From Pseudomonadota bacterium (GTDB lineage: Bacteria > Pseudomonadota > Alphaproteobacteria > Rhizobiales > Methyloligellaceae), in assembly GCA_046723315.1 (NCBI GenBank), contig JBKOUI010000046.1, positions 1 to 47,829 on the forward strand: a stretch of DNA of 47,829 nucleotides, written 5' to 3'. This document shows, piece by piece, positions 26,378 through 37,649 of this stretch. Position numbers and translations under genes: made by a program. The notes under the pieces are model-generated. The model searched no databases, was not told where the DNA came from, and was given only the letters and a program-made list of their open reading frames with translations. The first letter of the stretch is position 1. Every line of letters starts with the position of its first letter.

Positions 26378-28243
26378 TCAGAAGGCTGAAGCGGCGGGAA
26401 CAGCCGGCGCCGGCGCTGCCGCCACTGACGCACGTTGCTGTGCGCGGTCATAGATCGCCTCGCCGTCAGGGTTGCGCATCTCTTCGTGGTAGATCTCCTC
26501 GGCCTTCGATGAGGTCCGCCAATAGAGGCTTGTCGCGACGCCGGCAACCATGGCGAGAACAACGCCTGCCAGACTCGCAACGGGAGTGGTCAACACGGTT
26601 TGCCCGGTAGCGAAGCCGCGGCCTATGGCGACCTCGACAAGCATGACGCCAAATCCCGTGCCCATCGCGGCGAGCGCGCCGGCGACCGTGCAGCGCCGCC
26701 ACCAAATGGCAAGTAACAGGGCGGGGAAGAAGGTCGAGGCGGCGAAGGCGAACGCGGTCAAGGCTGCGCGCAGCGGATCGACCTCGGCGATGATCAGGAA
26801 GATGGCTGCGGCAAGCGCCGTCGCCGCAATCGCAGCCCAAGCCGCGACGAGCCGCGGCAACGTCTGGTGCGGGTCGAGCACGCGGTAGAGATCCTCGGCG
26901 AGACTCGCCCCGAGCGTGAATAGGTGGGAGGTCGCCGCAGCAAGGGCGATCGCTATCGCCGCAGTCGCCATGAGCGCGCTCAGTACGAAAGGCAGTTCTG
27001 CCGCGGCGGGAAGCGCAAGCGCAATCCCGTCTCGCGTGATGAGCAGCTCTTGCGCGCCGACAACGCCGTCGCCGTTGGTATCAAGCGCCTGGAGGAGATG
27101 TCGTGCGTTCAGATCGGCCAGCCAAGAGGGAAGGGCAGAAGCGGGAGCAGTAGCGAGGTCCTTGAAGACGATGAGCTTGGCGAAGGCTGCCATTGCCGGT
27201 GCAGTCATCACGAACAGAGCCACGAGCAGCAGCCCCCACGCCGTGGATCGTCGCTGATCGGGAATTGAGCCGGTCACGCCGCTTCGGGTGAGGAGGCTTG
27301 GAAGCGAGGCGGTGCCGAGCGCAAGACAGAGAAAGAACGTCGCGAAATCGACCTCGCTTAACGAACCGAAGGGCTGTTGAAACGGCTTAGTGCTCGCCGT
27401 GGGTGCGGCCCCAGGCAGTAGTGATGTAGGCCCATCGGGCTGCACTGGTGTCACTCCAGCGGTGATTTCGGCATTGTGCAAGGAAGAGAACGTCTCGCTG
27501 TAGGTAAGCTGTGGCGCCGGGATGTTGGTGAGCATGATTGAAACGGTTGTCACGACCACGACTAGACCGATCGCACCGACGATAAATTCCGCGCTCCCGG
27601 TCCAAGTGACGGAACGCATACCGCCGAGGATCGCAGTTATGGCGATGAAGCTCGCGATCACCATGACGCTAAGCGAGAAGGAAACTGGAAGCACGACGAC
27701 GGCAATGAGCGCGGCAACCTTCATCTCGGCGGCAAGCAGTAGCGCGGTCGGCGGCAATAGCATCGCGCTTGCTGTGATGCGGATCGTGCGCGAGCGGAAG
27801 CGATGGCCGAGAAAAGTCGGAAGCGTGTAGGAGCCTGACTTGCGGAGATAAGGCACGAATAAGACTCCTCCGATGAGAAGGCCGGCGGTCCAGCCAAGCC
27901 CGATCACCAGCGCATCGAAGCCAAGAAAGAATACCGTGCCGGTATAGGCCAGCACGCCTACTCCGCCGACAGTAATTGCCGCCAGAACGAAGCCGTTGAA
28001 CAGGGGTGGCACCCGGCGTCCGGAGCAGAAGAAGTCCTCGACCTCGAGCGTGCGCGAGCCGACAGCAATGACGAGATAGAGGATAAGCGGCGCAAGCAGC
28101 ATGATCTCGGCCAGCAGCATCTGGCGAACGCCGAGCTGCTCGAACATGGCGAGCATCAGGATGAGCGACACGAACGCGCTCGTGATGATGCCGTAATAGG
28201 CGCCGAGATGCGGATTCGTCGTACGCCGCGACGGAACGTTCAT
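26378..28243 (-). CDS. Sodium:solute symporter (ActP/VC_2705-like)
   Basis: DFFCSGRRVP, PYLRKSGSYTLPTFLGHRF, GGMRSVTWT, AASTFFPAL; many TM segments. Confidence 0.88.
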   Translation of the reverse strand: MNVPSRRTTNPHLGAYYGIITSAFVSLILMLAMFEQLGVRQMLLAEIMLLAPLILYLVIAVGSRTLEVEDFFCSGRRVPPLFNGFVLAAITVGGVGVLAYTGTVFFLGFDALVIGLGWTAGLLIGGVLFVPYLRKSGSYTLPTFLGHRFRSRTIRITASAMLLPPTALLLAAEMKVAALIAVVVLPVSFSLSVMVIASFIAITAILGGMRSVTWTGSAEFIVGAIGLVVVVTTVSIMLTNIPAPQLTYSETFSSLHNAEITAGVTPVQPDGPTSLLPGAAPTASTKPFQQPFGSLSEVDFATFFLCLALGTASLPSLLTRSGVTGSIPDQRRSTAWGLLLVALFVMTAPAMAAFAKLIVFKDLATAPASALPSWLADLNARHLLQALDTNGDGVVGAQELLITRDGIALALPAAAELPFVLSALMATAAIAIALAAATSHLFTLGASLAEDLYRVLDPHQTLPRLVAAWAAIAATALAAAIFLIIAEVDPLRAALTAFAFAASTFFPALLLAIWWRRCTVAGALAAMGTGFGVMLVEVAIGRGFATGQTVLTTPVASLAGVVLAMVAGVATSLYWRTSSKAEEIYHEEMRNPDGEAIYDRAQQRASVAAAPAPAVPAASAF

Positions 28244-28246
28244 CGC

Positions 28247-28591
28247 TTATCCGAGCTCCTCGTTTTCGCTGCGCGCCTGATCGAGCCGGTCCTGAATGCG
28301 AATGAACCAGAACGTTGCCGCGACGATGAAGATGAGCAGCCCTTGCGCAAGCAGATAGAAGCCGAGCGGAAAGTGTAGAAATCCGTACTGGTTAAGCCAC
28401 GTCGCCATGCTGACGGTGAGAAACACCGCAAGCAGGACCGTCGATAGGATCGCGACGGCGAGGAGAAGGGTGCGGAGCTGATGCCGGTCGCGCGCTGGGC
28501 GGTCGGTCGAGGGAGCCTCTGACGCCACTTCCTTTCCCCCTTGTCTTAGAGGCGCCTGCCAAGGAGTTATCAGTTTGCCGCTTTCTTGCAA
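28247..28591 (-). CDS. Symporter small subunit (DUF4212-like)
   Basis: LNQYGFLHFPLGFYLLAQG motif, two TM segments, directly upstream of the SSS gene; start uncertain. Confidence 0.8.
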   Translation of the reverse strand: MQESGKLITPWQAPLRQGGKEVASEAPSTDRPARDRHQLRTLLLAVAILSTVLLAVFLTVSMATWLNQYGFLHFPLGFYLLAQGLLIFIVAATFWFIRIQDRLDQARSENEELG

Positions 28592-28666
28592 ACTCCGTAG
28601 GCACCTAGGCGTTCAAAGGTGGCATTGTAGTGACTCGGCTTCCACTCAGCTCAAAGGAGGGCCGCG

Positions 28667-29134
28667 ATGGGAGTGCTTAAAGAATTCAAAGAATTCGCGC
28701 TCAAAGGCAACGTCGTCGACATGGCGGTCGGCATCATCATCGGCGCGGCGTTCTCGACCATCGTGAAGTCCCTGGTCGAGGACATCGTCATGCCGCCGAT
28801 CGGGGTGCTCACAGGGGGGGTCGATTTCTCGAACATGTTCATCCCGCTAAACGGGGAGCATTACGATTTTCTCGCGCAAGCGCGGCAGGCGGGCGCGCCC
28901 ACCATGAACTTCGGCTTGTTCATCAATAATGTGATCAGCTTTCTGCTCGTGGCTTTCGTCCTCTTCATGGCGATCAAAGGCATGAACCAGCTCAGGCGCA
29001 AGCAGGAGGAAGAGCCAGCGACCGAGCCGCCTCCGTCGCGCGAGGTAGAACTGCTTCAGGAGATCAGAGACGCGCTGGTCAAAGGTGGCGGGACCCGCCC
29101 GGCGGCAGGCAAGGCGGCGAAATCCGCACTCTAG
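28667..29134 (+). CDS. mscL: Large-conductance mechanosensitive channel
   Basis: [31 protein letters not shown]; AGGAGG RBS. Confidence 0.97.
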   Translation: MGVLKEFKEFALKGNVVDMAVGIIIGAAFSTIVKSLVEDIVMPPIGVLTGGVDFSNMFIPLNGEHYDFLAQARQAGAPTMNFGLFINNVISFLLVAFVLFMAIKGMNQLRRKQEEEPATEPPPSREVELLQEIRDALVKGGGTRPAAGKAAKSAL

Positions 29135-29228
29135 CGAAGCAAGGATTTTCCGCTTCCCACGCGCCGGCCGGCTTCGGCTTTCCGCGAAACAGCCTGTAAA
29201 GAAAAAAATTCTACTGTTTGGCCCCTGA

Positions 29229-30362
<1,134 letters not shown>

Positions 30363-30364
30363 TC

Positions 30365-30715
30365 ATGTTCGTCACCGTGCGTATGCCCGACGGCGCGACA
30401 CACCGGCTCGAAGCCCTTGAGGGCTGGCGGGTGATGGAGGTGATCCGCGACTGGGGCCTTCCCATCAAGGCCGAGTGCGGCGGGGCTTGCGCCTGCGCCA
30501 CCTGCCATGTGTGGGTTGGCGAGAAGTGGGTGGCAAAGCTCATGCCGCCGTCCGCCGAGGAGCTCGAGATGCTCGACGGCGCGTTTCAGGTCGACGAGCG
30601 CTCGCGGCTCTGCTGCCAGATCATCATGACACCGGAGCTCGACGGGCTCGAGGTCGAGCTTGCGCCCGAGAGCCTTGCCGATGCTCCGCCGGAGCGGCTG
30701 GTGGTGGGAGGATAG
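30365..30715 (+). CDS. Adrenodoxin-type 2Fe-2S ferredoxin
   Basis: CGGACACATCHV...SRLCCQI. Confidence 0.93.
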   Translation: MFVTVRMPDGATHRLEALEGWRVMEVIRDWGLPIKAECGGACACATCHVWVGEKWVAKLMPPSAEELEMLDGAFQVDERSRLCCQIIMTPELDGLEVELAPESLADAPPERLVVGG

Positions 30716-30719
30716 CGCG

Positions 30720-32150
30720 ATGCGGACCTTCCCCATCCTCGTCAGCTTCGACGGCAAGCCGCCTCTTGTGGTTGGCGGCGGCGAGCTTGCCGCGGTCAAG
30801 GCGCGGCTTCTGCTAAAGCGCGCCGCGAGCGTCGATATTGCCGCCAGCGATGTCGTGCCCGAGCTGGCGGCGCTCGCCGAGCAGAAGCTCGTGTCACTCG
30901 TGCCGGCACATCCGGGCATCGATCAGTTGCGCGGGCGGCCTCTCGTCATTGCCGCCACCGAGGACGACGAGGAAGATGCGCGGGTGTCGGCTATTGCCCG
31001 TGCGCTCGGCGTTCCGGTGAACGTTCCCGACCGGCCCGAGCTTTGCACCTTCGCGCTTCCCGCCATCGTCGATCGCGGCGAAGTCACGGTTGCCATTGGC
31101 ACCTCTGGTGCCGCGCCGGTGCTTGCCCAGCGTCTACGCGCCTGGCTGGAGCAGGAGCTGCATCCGCGGCTAGATGCGCTCGCCAAGCTCGCCGCAGAGT
31201 TCCGCGGGCCTGTCGCCGAAAGGCTCCCCTCGGGTCCGCCGCGCCGCAAATTCTGGGAGGCCGTGTTCGAAGGCGCCGCCGCCGAGGCAATGCTCGAAGG
31301 GGACGAGGACAAGGCCCGCGCCCTGATCGCGGATGCGATCGACCAAGCTGCCGGCGAGCCACGCGCGCGCGGCCGCGTGCTTCTCGTCGGCGCAGGGCCC
31401 GGCGACCTCGAGCTTCTCACCGTGAGGGCGGTGCGCGCCCTCAAAGCCGCCGATGTCATTTTCTATGATCGGCTGGTCGGCGAGGGCGTGCTCGATCACG
31501 CGCGCCGCGAAGCAGAGTTGATTCCAGTGGGCAAGGCCAAAGGCGCGCACAGCGTCCCGCAGGAGGAAATCAATAGGCTTCTCATTGAGCGGGCGCGCGC
31601 CGGACAGACGGTGGTGCGACTCAAAGGTGGCGATCCATTCATCTTCGGCAGGGGCGGTGAGGAGCTTGACGCTCTGCGCGCTGCTGGCATCGCCATTGAG
31701 ATCGTGCCCGGCGTCACCGCCGGTATCGCTGCTGCCGCAAGCCTGCAGATCCCGCTTACCCATCGCGACGTGTCCCACACCGTGACCTTCCTGTCCGGCC
31801 ACGAAGCAGGCGGCGAGGAGCCCTCCTTCGAGCACCTCGATCTTGCCGCGCTCTCAGGCGGCAAGAACACGCTGCTCGTCTATATGGGCGTCTCTACTGC
31901 CGGCGCGATCGCCAAGAAGTTGCTCGAAGCAGGCTTCAGCCCCTCGCTTCCTGTGATCGCGGTCGAAAATGCAAGCCGCGACGACGAGCGCCGCGTGCTC
32001 GCGACCATCGCCGATCTTGCGACAAATCCTGAGCGACTCGGTCTCAAAAGCCCTGCCGTCCTCATTTTCGGCGAGGTGGCAGGCCTTCAGGCCCACGGCA
32101 TTGTCGAGGACATCCTCGCATTAGAGGAGGTCAAGCGTCTCTATGCCTAG
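30720..32150 (+). CDS. cysG: Siroheme synthase
   Basis: VVGGGELA dehydrogenase/chelatase domain plus VGAGPGD and RLKGGDPFIFGRGGEE methyltransferase domain. Confidence 0.95.
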   Translation: MRTFPILVSFDGKPPLVVGGGELAAVKARLLLKRAASVDIAASDVVPELAALAEQKLVSLVPAHPGIDQLRGRPLVIAATEDDEEDARVSAIARALGVPVNVPDRPELCTFALPAIVDRGEVTVAIGTSGAAPVLAQRLRAWLEQELHPRLDALAKLAAEFRGPVAERLPSGPPRRKFWEAVFEGAAAEAMLEGDEDKARALIADAIDQAAGEPRARGRVLLVGAGPGDLELLTVRAVRALKAADVIFYDRLVGEGVLDHARREAELIPVGKAKGAHSVPQEEINRLLIERARAGQTVVRLKGGDPFIFGRGGEELDALRAAGIAIEIVPGVTAGIAAAASLQIPLTHRDVSHTVTFLSGHEAGGEEPSFEHLDLAALSGGKNTLLVYMGVSTAGAIAKKLLEAGFSPSLPVIAVENASRDDERRVLATIADLATNPERLGLKSPAVLIFGEVAGLQAHGIVEDILALEEVKRLYA

Positions 32151-32436
32151 CGTCGTCACAGCCAACCGTCTAACCGACGGCATTGTCGTCTATCTCGCCG
32201 CCGACGGCAGCTGGACCGAGGACATCGCGCGCGCGCGCCGCGCCGAGACCGAGGACGAGGTCAAGGCGCTCGAGGCCGAAGCCGCGGAGGCGGTGAAGGC
32301 GCGCAAAGTCGTGTCCGTCTATCCCATGGATGTCGCCGTCGATGACAGCGGCGTCCATCCACTCTCGGTGCGGGAGCGCATCCGCGCCTCGCACCGCACC
32401 ACACTCACTGAGGATTGGTACGATGTACCGCTATGA
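32143..32436 (+). CDS. DUF2849 domain protein
   Basis: VVTANRLTDGIVVYL, RERIRA; usual position before cysI. Confidence 0.88.
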   Translation: MPSVVTANRLTDGIVVYLAADGSWTEDIARARRAETEDEVKALEAEAAEAVKARKVVSVYPMDVAVDDSGVHPLSVRERIRASHRTTLTEDWYDVPL

Positions 32437-34081
32437 CGAGTTCGACCACGCTTTCGTGCGCGAACGCGTGGCGCAGTTCAGAGATCAGGTTGACCGCAGG
32501 CTCGCGGGCCAGCTGACCGAGGACGAGTTCCGGCCCTTGCGCTTGCGCAACGGACTCTATCTCCAGCTACACGCCTACATGCTCCGCATCGCCATTCCCT
32601 ATGGCGTGCTCTCCCCGAAGCAACTTCGCCAGCTCGCCATGATCGGGCGCAAATGGGATCGCGGCTACGGCCATTTCACTACGCGCACCAATCTCCAGTA
32701 TCACTGGATCAAGCTGGTCGATGTGCCAGACATCTTGGATGCGCTCGCCGATGTCGAGATGCATTGCATTCAGACGAGCGGCAACTCGTTCCGCAACGTC
32801 ACGGCCGATCCATTCGCCGGCGCAGCGGTCGACGAGCTCGAGGACCCACGTCCCTGGTGCGAGGTGATCCGTCAGTGGTCGACGGTGCATCCGGAGTTCA
32901 GCTGGCTGCCGCGCAAGTTCAAATTCGCCATTACCGGCGCCGCCGAAGACCGCGCCGCGGTTCTGTTCCACGACATCGGGTTGAAGATCGTCAAGGGTCC
33001 GAACGGCGAGAACGGCTTCAAGGTATTCGTTGGCGGCGGAATGGGCCGCACGCCCTATGTCGGCCTGGAGATTCGTCCCTTCCTAGAGAAGCGGCACCTG
33101 CTCTCCTACATCGAGTCGATCCTGCGCGTGTACAATCTCTACGGGCGCCGCGACAACCTCAACAAGGCGCGCATCAAGATCCTGGTCAATCAACTTGGCA
33201 TCGACAAATTCCGCGAGGAAGTCGAAGCGGATTGGGCCGCCTCGCCGCGTAAGGACACGATCGATTTGCCGGAATCGGAGCTTCTCCGGATCCAGTCCTA
33301 TTTTGCGCCACCCGATCTCGTTCCAGGGCCGATCGTGGACGAAAGGGTGGAGCAGCGGCGGATCACCGATCCGGTGTTCGCGAATTGGCTCAAGAACAAT
33401 GTCCGCCCGCACCGTGTGCCGGGACACTGCATTGTCGTGATCGCGCTGAAGGAGCCTGGTCGCACGCCAGGCGATGCGACGTCCGAGGAGATGGAGCTCG
33501 TCGCCGATCTCGCCGAGCGCTACAGCCGTAACGAGCTGCGCGTGAACTACACGCAGAATCTCGTACTGCCGCACGTCGCGCGGGCCGATCTGCTGGCAAT
33601 CTATGACGAGCTCGTGAGAGCCGGCCTCGCCGTCGGCAACAACGATCTCTTGGGCGACATGATTTGCTGCCCCGGCCTCGACTACTGCAATCTCGCCAAC
33701 GCGCGCTCGATCCCGATCGCCAAGGAGATCGCCAAGCGCTTCGAAGACCCGAAGCACCAGGAGCTAATCGGCCCGCTAAGACTCAACATGTCGGGCTGCA
33801 TCAACGCTTGCGGACATCATCACGCCGGCAACATCGGCATCCTTGGCGTCGATAAGAAGGGCACCGAGCTCTATCAGATTTCGCTCGGCGGCAGTCCCAA
33901 AGACGACGCCGCGGTCGGTACCATCATTGGCCCGGGGTTCCGCGCCGAGGCGGTACCTCAGGCAATCGACACCATCATCGAGACCTATCTCGCCAATCGC
34001 ACCGACGGCGAGGATTTCCTCGCCACGTGGCGAAGGATCGGGCCGGCGCCCTTCAAGGAGGCACTTTATGGCGCTGTTTGA
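32423..34081 (+). CDS. cysI: Sulfite reductase hemoprotein (nitrite/sulfite reductase family)
   Basis: MYRYDEFD, NGLYLQLHAYMLR, WLPRKFK, CPGLDYC, SGCINACGHH. Confidence 0.94.
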   Translation: MYRYDEFDHAFVRERVAQFRDQVDRRLAGQLTEDEFRPLRLRNGLYLQLHAYMLRIAIPYGVLSPKQLRQLAMIGRKWDRGYGHFTTRTNLQYHWIKLVDVPDILDALADVEMHCIQTSGNSFRNVTADPFAGAAVDELEDPRPWCEVIRQWSTVHPEFSWLPRKFKFAITGAAEDRAAVLFHDIGLKIVKGPNGENGFKVFVGGGMGRTPYVGLEIRPFLEKRHLLSYIESILRVYNLYGRRDNLNKARIKILVNQLGIDKFREEVEADWAASPRKDTIDLPESELLRIQSYFAPPDLVPGPIVDERVEQRRITDPVFANWLKNNVRPHRVPGHCIVVIALKEPGRTPGDATSEEMELVADLAERYSRNELRVNYTQNLVLPHVARADLLAIYDELVRAGLAVGNNDLLGDMICCPGLDYCNLANARSIPIAKEIAKRFEDPKHQELIGPLRLNMSGCINACGHHHAGNIGILGVDKKGTELYQISLGGSPKDDAAVGTIIGPGFRAEAVPQAIDTIIETYLANRTDGEDFLATWRRIGPAPFKEALYGAV

Positions 34082-35183
34082 TCTTCATACCGGCTCCGTC
34101 GTGGCCAATTTTAGCGAGCCGACAACGGTGCTCGAACCCACAGCCGACGCGGCCGCGCTTGAGGCTGCCGCCGCAGCGGGGGGAGTGGTCGCGTTTCGCT
34201 TTCATGCCTTCGGCGATGGGCGGGGCTATTCTCTTGCCGTCTTGTTGCGTGAGCGGCACGGCTTCCAGGGCGAGATCAGGGCCATAGGCTATATGATCCC
34301 GGATCTGGCTCCGTTCCTGTTACGCTCCGGCTTCGATACCGCCGAGGTCGCCGACGAGGGGACCATCGAAACCTGGAAGGCCTCGCTCACACGGCTGCGC
34401 CATGCTTATCAGCCGGGTTTGCGTAACCCTCAGCCCCTCCGCTGGAATGCGTCGAAGAAAGAGGCCGAGGAGCTTAGCCTGCGCCTCGTGAGAGTGAAGA
34501 ATCTGGCCGACCGCATCAGGGAAATGCGCCGGAGAATCGAGGGACGCATCACCTTCTCGACCAGCCTCGGGCTTGAGGATCAGGCAATTCTGCACGCCAT
34601 CGCCGAGTCCGGCAGCAAGGACATCGATGTGTTCACGCTCGATACCGGGCGCCTGTTTCCTGAGGTGCTCGAGACCGTCGAGATTTCCGAAATCCGCTAC
34701 GGCATCCGCATCCGCCTGGTCGCGCCGGAGGCAAGCGAGGTCGAGGCTCTGGTCGCCCGTGACGGCGTGTTTGGTTTCAAAAACTCCGTCGACAACCGCA
34801 AAGCCTGCTGCGAGATCCGCAAGGTGCGGCCATTGAATCGCGAGCTCAAGGGCGCGCAAGGCTGGATCACCGGTATCCGCCGCGAGCACTCCGACGAGAG
34901 AGCGGCCGCGCCGCTTGCCACCTGGGACGATGACCGCGCTCTCATCAAGGTCAATCCTGTCGCCGACTGGTCGACGCAAGACCTCACGGCCTACATCGCC
35001 GCCAACAACGTTCCGGTCAATCCGCTGCACGCCCGCGGGTTCGTTTCGATCGGCTGCGCGCCGTGCACTCGCGCCGTGATGCCGGGCGAGAACCCGCGCG
35101 CTGGGCGCTGGTGGTGGGAGAACGAAGAAAAGAAGGAATGCGGCTTGCACATGAATCCGAACCGGGAAGGCAAGGCCGCATGA
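34068..35183 (+). CDS. cysH: DUF934-adenylylsulfate (APS) reductase fusion protein
   Basis: N-terminal [27 protein letters not shown] (DUF934); C-terminal [32 protein letters not shown]; AAGGAGG RBS before 34068. Confidence 0.9.
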   Translation: MALFDLHTGSVVANFSEPTTVLEPTADAAALEAAAAAGGVVAFRFHAFGDGRGYSLAVLLRERHGFQGEIRAIGYMIPDLAPFLLRSGFDTAEVADEGTIETWKASLTRLRHAYQPGLRNPQPLRWNASKKEAEELSLRLVRVKNLADRIREMRRRIEGRITFSTSLGLEDQAILHAIAESGSKDIDVFTLDTGRLFPEVLETVEISEIRYGIRIRLVAPEASEVEALVARDGVFGFKNSVDNRKACCEIRKVRPLNRELKGAQGWITGIRREHSDERAAAPLATWDDDRALIKVNPVADWSTQDLTAYIAANNVPVNPLHARGFVSIGCAPCTRAVMPGENPRAGRWWWENEEKKECGLHMNPNREGKAA

Positions 35184-36085
35184 CAGCCCTCACTTCTCAC
35201 CTCAAGCTGCTGGAAGCCGAGAGCATCCATATCTTCCGCGAGGCCGCGGCGCAGTTCCGCGCGCCAGTGCTGCTCTATTCCATCGGCAAGGACTCGACGG
35301 TGCTGCTACATCTTGCGCGCAAGGCCTTCTGGCCCGCGAAACCGCCGTTCCCGCTGCTGCACGTCGACACCACCTGGAAATTTCCGGAGATGATCGCCTT
35401 CCGCGACAAGACGGCGCGCGATTTCGGGCTCGACTTGATCGTGCACACCAACCACGACGGCTTGGCCCGCGACATCAATCCGTTCGATCATCCTCCATCG
35501 GTCTACACCGACGTGATGAAGACCGTGGCTTTGCGTCAGGCGCTCGACACAGGAGGCTTCGACGCAGCCTTTGGCGGAGCGCGCCGCGATGAGGAGGGTT
35601 CGCGCGCCAAGGAGCGCGTATTCTCGTTCCGCGCCGCAGGTCATCGCTGGGAGCCGCGCCGCCAGCGTCCCGAGATGTGGCAGCTCCTCAACGGCCGTCT
35701 TGGCAAGGGTGAGACCGTGCGCGTCTTTCCACTGTCGAATTGGACCGAAGGTGACGTGTGGCGCTACATCCAGCTCGAGAAGCTCGACGTGGTTCCTCTC
35801 TATTTCGCGGCCGAGCGGCCCGTGGTTTCGCGCAACGGCCAGCTGCTTGTCGTGGCAGACGAGCGCATGCGGTTCGAGCCTGGCGAGCGCCCGGTTCCGC
35901 GCAAAGTGCGCTTTCGCACCCTCGGCTGCTGGCCGCTGACCGCAGCCATCGAGTCTGACGCCGACGACATCGAATCGGTCGTGGAGGAAACGCTTGCTGC
36001 ACGGGTTTCCGAGCGGGCAGGGCGCCTAATCGACCATGACACGGCTGGCGCCATGGAGATGAAAAAGCGCGAGGGCTATTTCTGA
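35180..36085 (+). CDS. cysD: Sulfate adenylyltransferase subunit 2
   Basis: [47 protein letters not shown]. Confidence 0.97.
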   Translation: MTALTSHLKLLEAESIHIFREAAAQFRAPVLLYSIGKDSTVLLHLARKAFWPAKPPFPLLHVDTTWKFPEMIAFRDKTARDFGLDLIVHTNHDGLARDINPFDHPPSVYTDVMKTVALRQALDTGGFDAAFGGARRDEEGSRAKERVFSFRAAGHRWEPRRQRPEMWQLLNGRLGKGETVRVFPLSNWTEGDVWRYIQLEKLDVVPLYFAAERPVVSRNGQLLVVADERMRFEPGERPVPRKVRFRTLGCWPLTAAIESDADDIESVVEETLAARVSERAGRLIDHDTAGAMEMKKREGYF

Positions 36086-37566
36086 TGCATATCGCTGCAC
36101 TCAGAGAAGACGTTTCGGTCGAGACGAGGCCGGTCAGAGCTCCCCAAACCGGGGCGATGGTCAAGCTGCTCACCTGCGGCTCGGTGGACGACGGCAAGTC
36201 GACGCTGATCGGCCGGCTCCTGTGGGATGCTGCCGGCGTGACCGAAGACCAACGCGTTGCGGTTGAGCTTGCCTCGCATAACCGCGCAGTCAACGGCGAG
36301 AAGATTGATTTCAGTCTCCTGCTCGACGGGCTGCAAGCCGAGCGCGAGCAGGGCATCACCATCGACATCGCCTGGCGCTATTTCGAAACGCCCCGCCGCC
36401 GCTTCATCATCATCGACTCCCCGGGGCACGAGCAGTACACCCGCAACATGGCGACCGGCGCATCGCACGCCGACCTCGCCATCCTGCTGGTTGATGCCCG
36501 TCATGGTGCGAAGCGCCAGACCCGGCGCCATGCCGCGATCTGCGATCTGGTCGGCATCAAGAAGGTCGTGCTTGCGGTCAACAAGATGGACGCAGTCGGC
36601 TGGTCCGAGGCGCGCTATCGCGAGATCGAGCGCGATTTCCTTGCCATGGCCGGAAGCTTCAACTTCGCGCAAGTGATGACCATTCCGGTCGCGGCGCTGA
36701 CCGGCGACAATGTCGTCTACCGCTCGGCAGCGATGCCCTGGTATGCCGGACCCACGCTGCTCGATTACCTCGAGGCCGTCGATCCCGTGGCAGAGCCAGC
36801 CAATGCACCATTCCGCCTTCCAGTTCAGCTCGTGCTGCGCGCCTCCGGTGATTTCCGCGGCTATGCCGGCACAGTTGCCTCGGGCCGCATCAAGGTTGGC
36901 GACCGCATCGTCGATGCCCGTAGTGGGCTTGGCGCAACCTTGCGCCGCATCGCCACGATGAATGGCGACCTGCCCGTTGCCTCGAAGGGCAATGCCGTCA
37001 CCCTGGTGCTCGATACTGACCTCGACATTTCGCGCGGCGCGGTTCTGTCCGAAACCGGACGGCGGCCGGTCAATGCCGACGTCATCGAGGCGCGGCTGGT
37101 GTGGCTCTCGGAGACGCCGTTCGATCCCGAGGCAGGCTATCTGCTTCGCACCGCGACGGATCTCACGCCCGTTACGAGCATGAGCGTGTCTGCGCTAGTC
37201 GATTTCGAGACGCTTGCCTCGACGCCAGCGCATGCGTGCGGCGTCAACGACATCGCCGATTGCCGCATTCTGCTCGGTCGCGCGACCGCGCTCGACCTGT
37301 TCCGCGACCTTCCGGGCACCGGCAATTTCGTCTTGGTCAGCGCCATTGACGGCGCCACCGTGGCGGGCGGCGTCATTACCTGGGCGCAAGCAGGCGCGCC
37401 GGCGGTCGGCGACAACGTGCTCGTGCTGAACCGCGCACTTCTCGCCCGCGGGGTATGCGCCGATCTCGGGGAAAGCCCGGCCGATGAAGCTGAATTCAAC
37501 CGGCGCGCACAGGAGGTCGCTCTTCTGCTGCGCTCGGCAGGAGTTCCGGTTCTGATCGAGCTCTAG
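36085..37566 (+). CDS. cysN: Sulfate adenylyltransferase subunit 1 (GTPase) with a short degenerate CysC-like tail
   Basis: TCGSVDDGKSTLIGRLL, EREQGITID, DSPGHEQYTRNM, NKMD. Confidence 0.95.
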   Translation: MHIAALREDVSVETRPVRAPQTGAMVKLLTCGSVDDGKSTLIGRLLWDAAGVTEDQRVAVELASHNRAVNGEKIDFSLLLDGLQAEREQGITIDIAWRYFETPRRRFIIIDSPGHEQYTRNMATGASHADLAILLVDARHGAKRQTRRHAAICDLVGIKKVVLAVNKMDAVGWSEARYREIERDFLAMAGSFNFAQVMTIPVAALTGDNVVYRSAAMPWYAGPTLLDYLEAVDPVAEPANAPFRLPVQLVLRASGDFRGYAGTVASGRIKVGDRIVDARSGLGATLRRIATMNGDLPVASKGNAVTLVLDTDLDISRGAVLSETGRRPVNADVIEARLVWLSETPFDPEAGYLLRTATDLTPVTSMSVSALVDFETLASTPAHACGVNDIADCRILLGRATALDLFRDLPGTGNFVLVSAIDGATVAGGVITWAQAGAPAVGDNVLVLNRALLARGVCADLGESPADEAEFNRRAQEVALLLRSAGVPVLIEL

Positions 37567-37649
37567 CCCGTCTATAATCGAAGCGACTTTAACCAAGAAG
37601 GCCTCCGCAAGAGGCACGAACTCGCCGCAAGGGGGGAGGCTCATCAGCC

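Noticed and set aside
33843-34067. N-terminal extension of the cysH ORF
   Set aside because: Overlaps cysI; a strong AAGGAGG precedes ATG 34068
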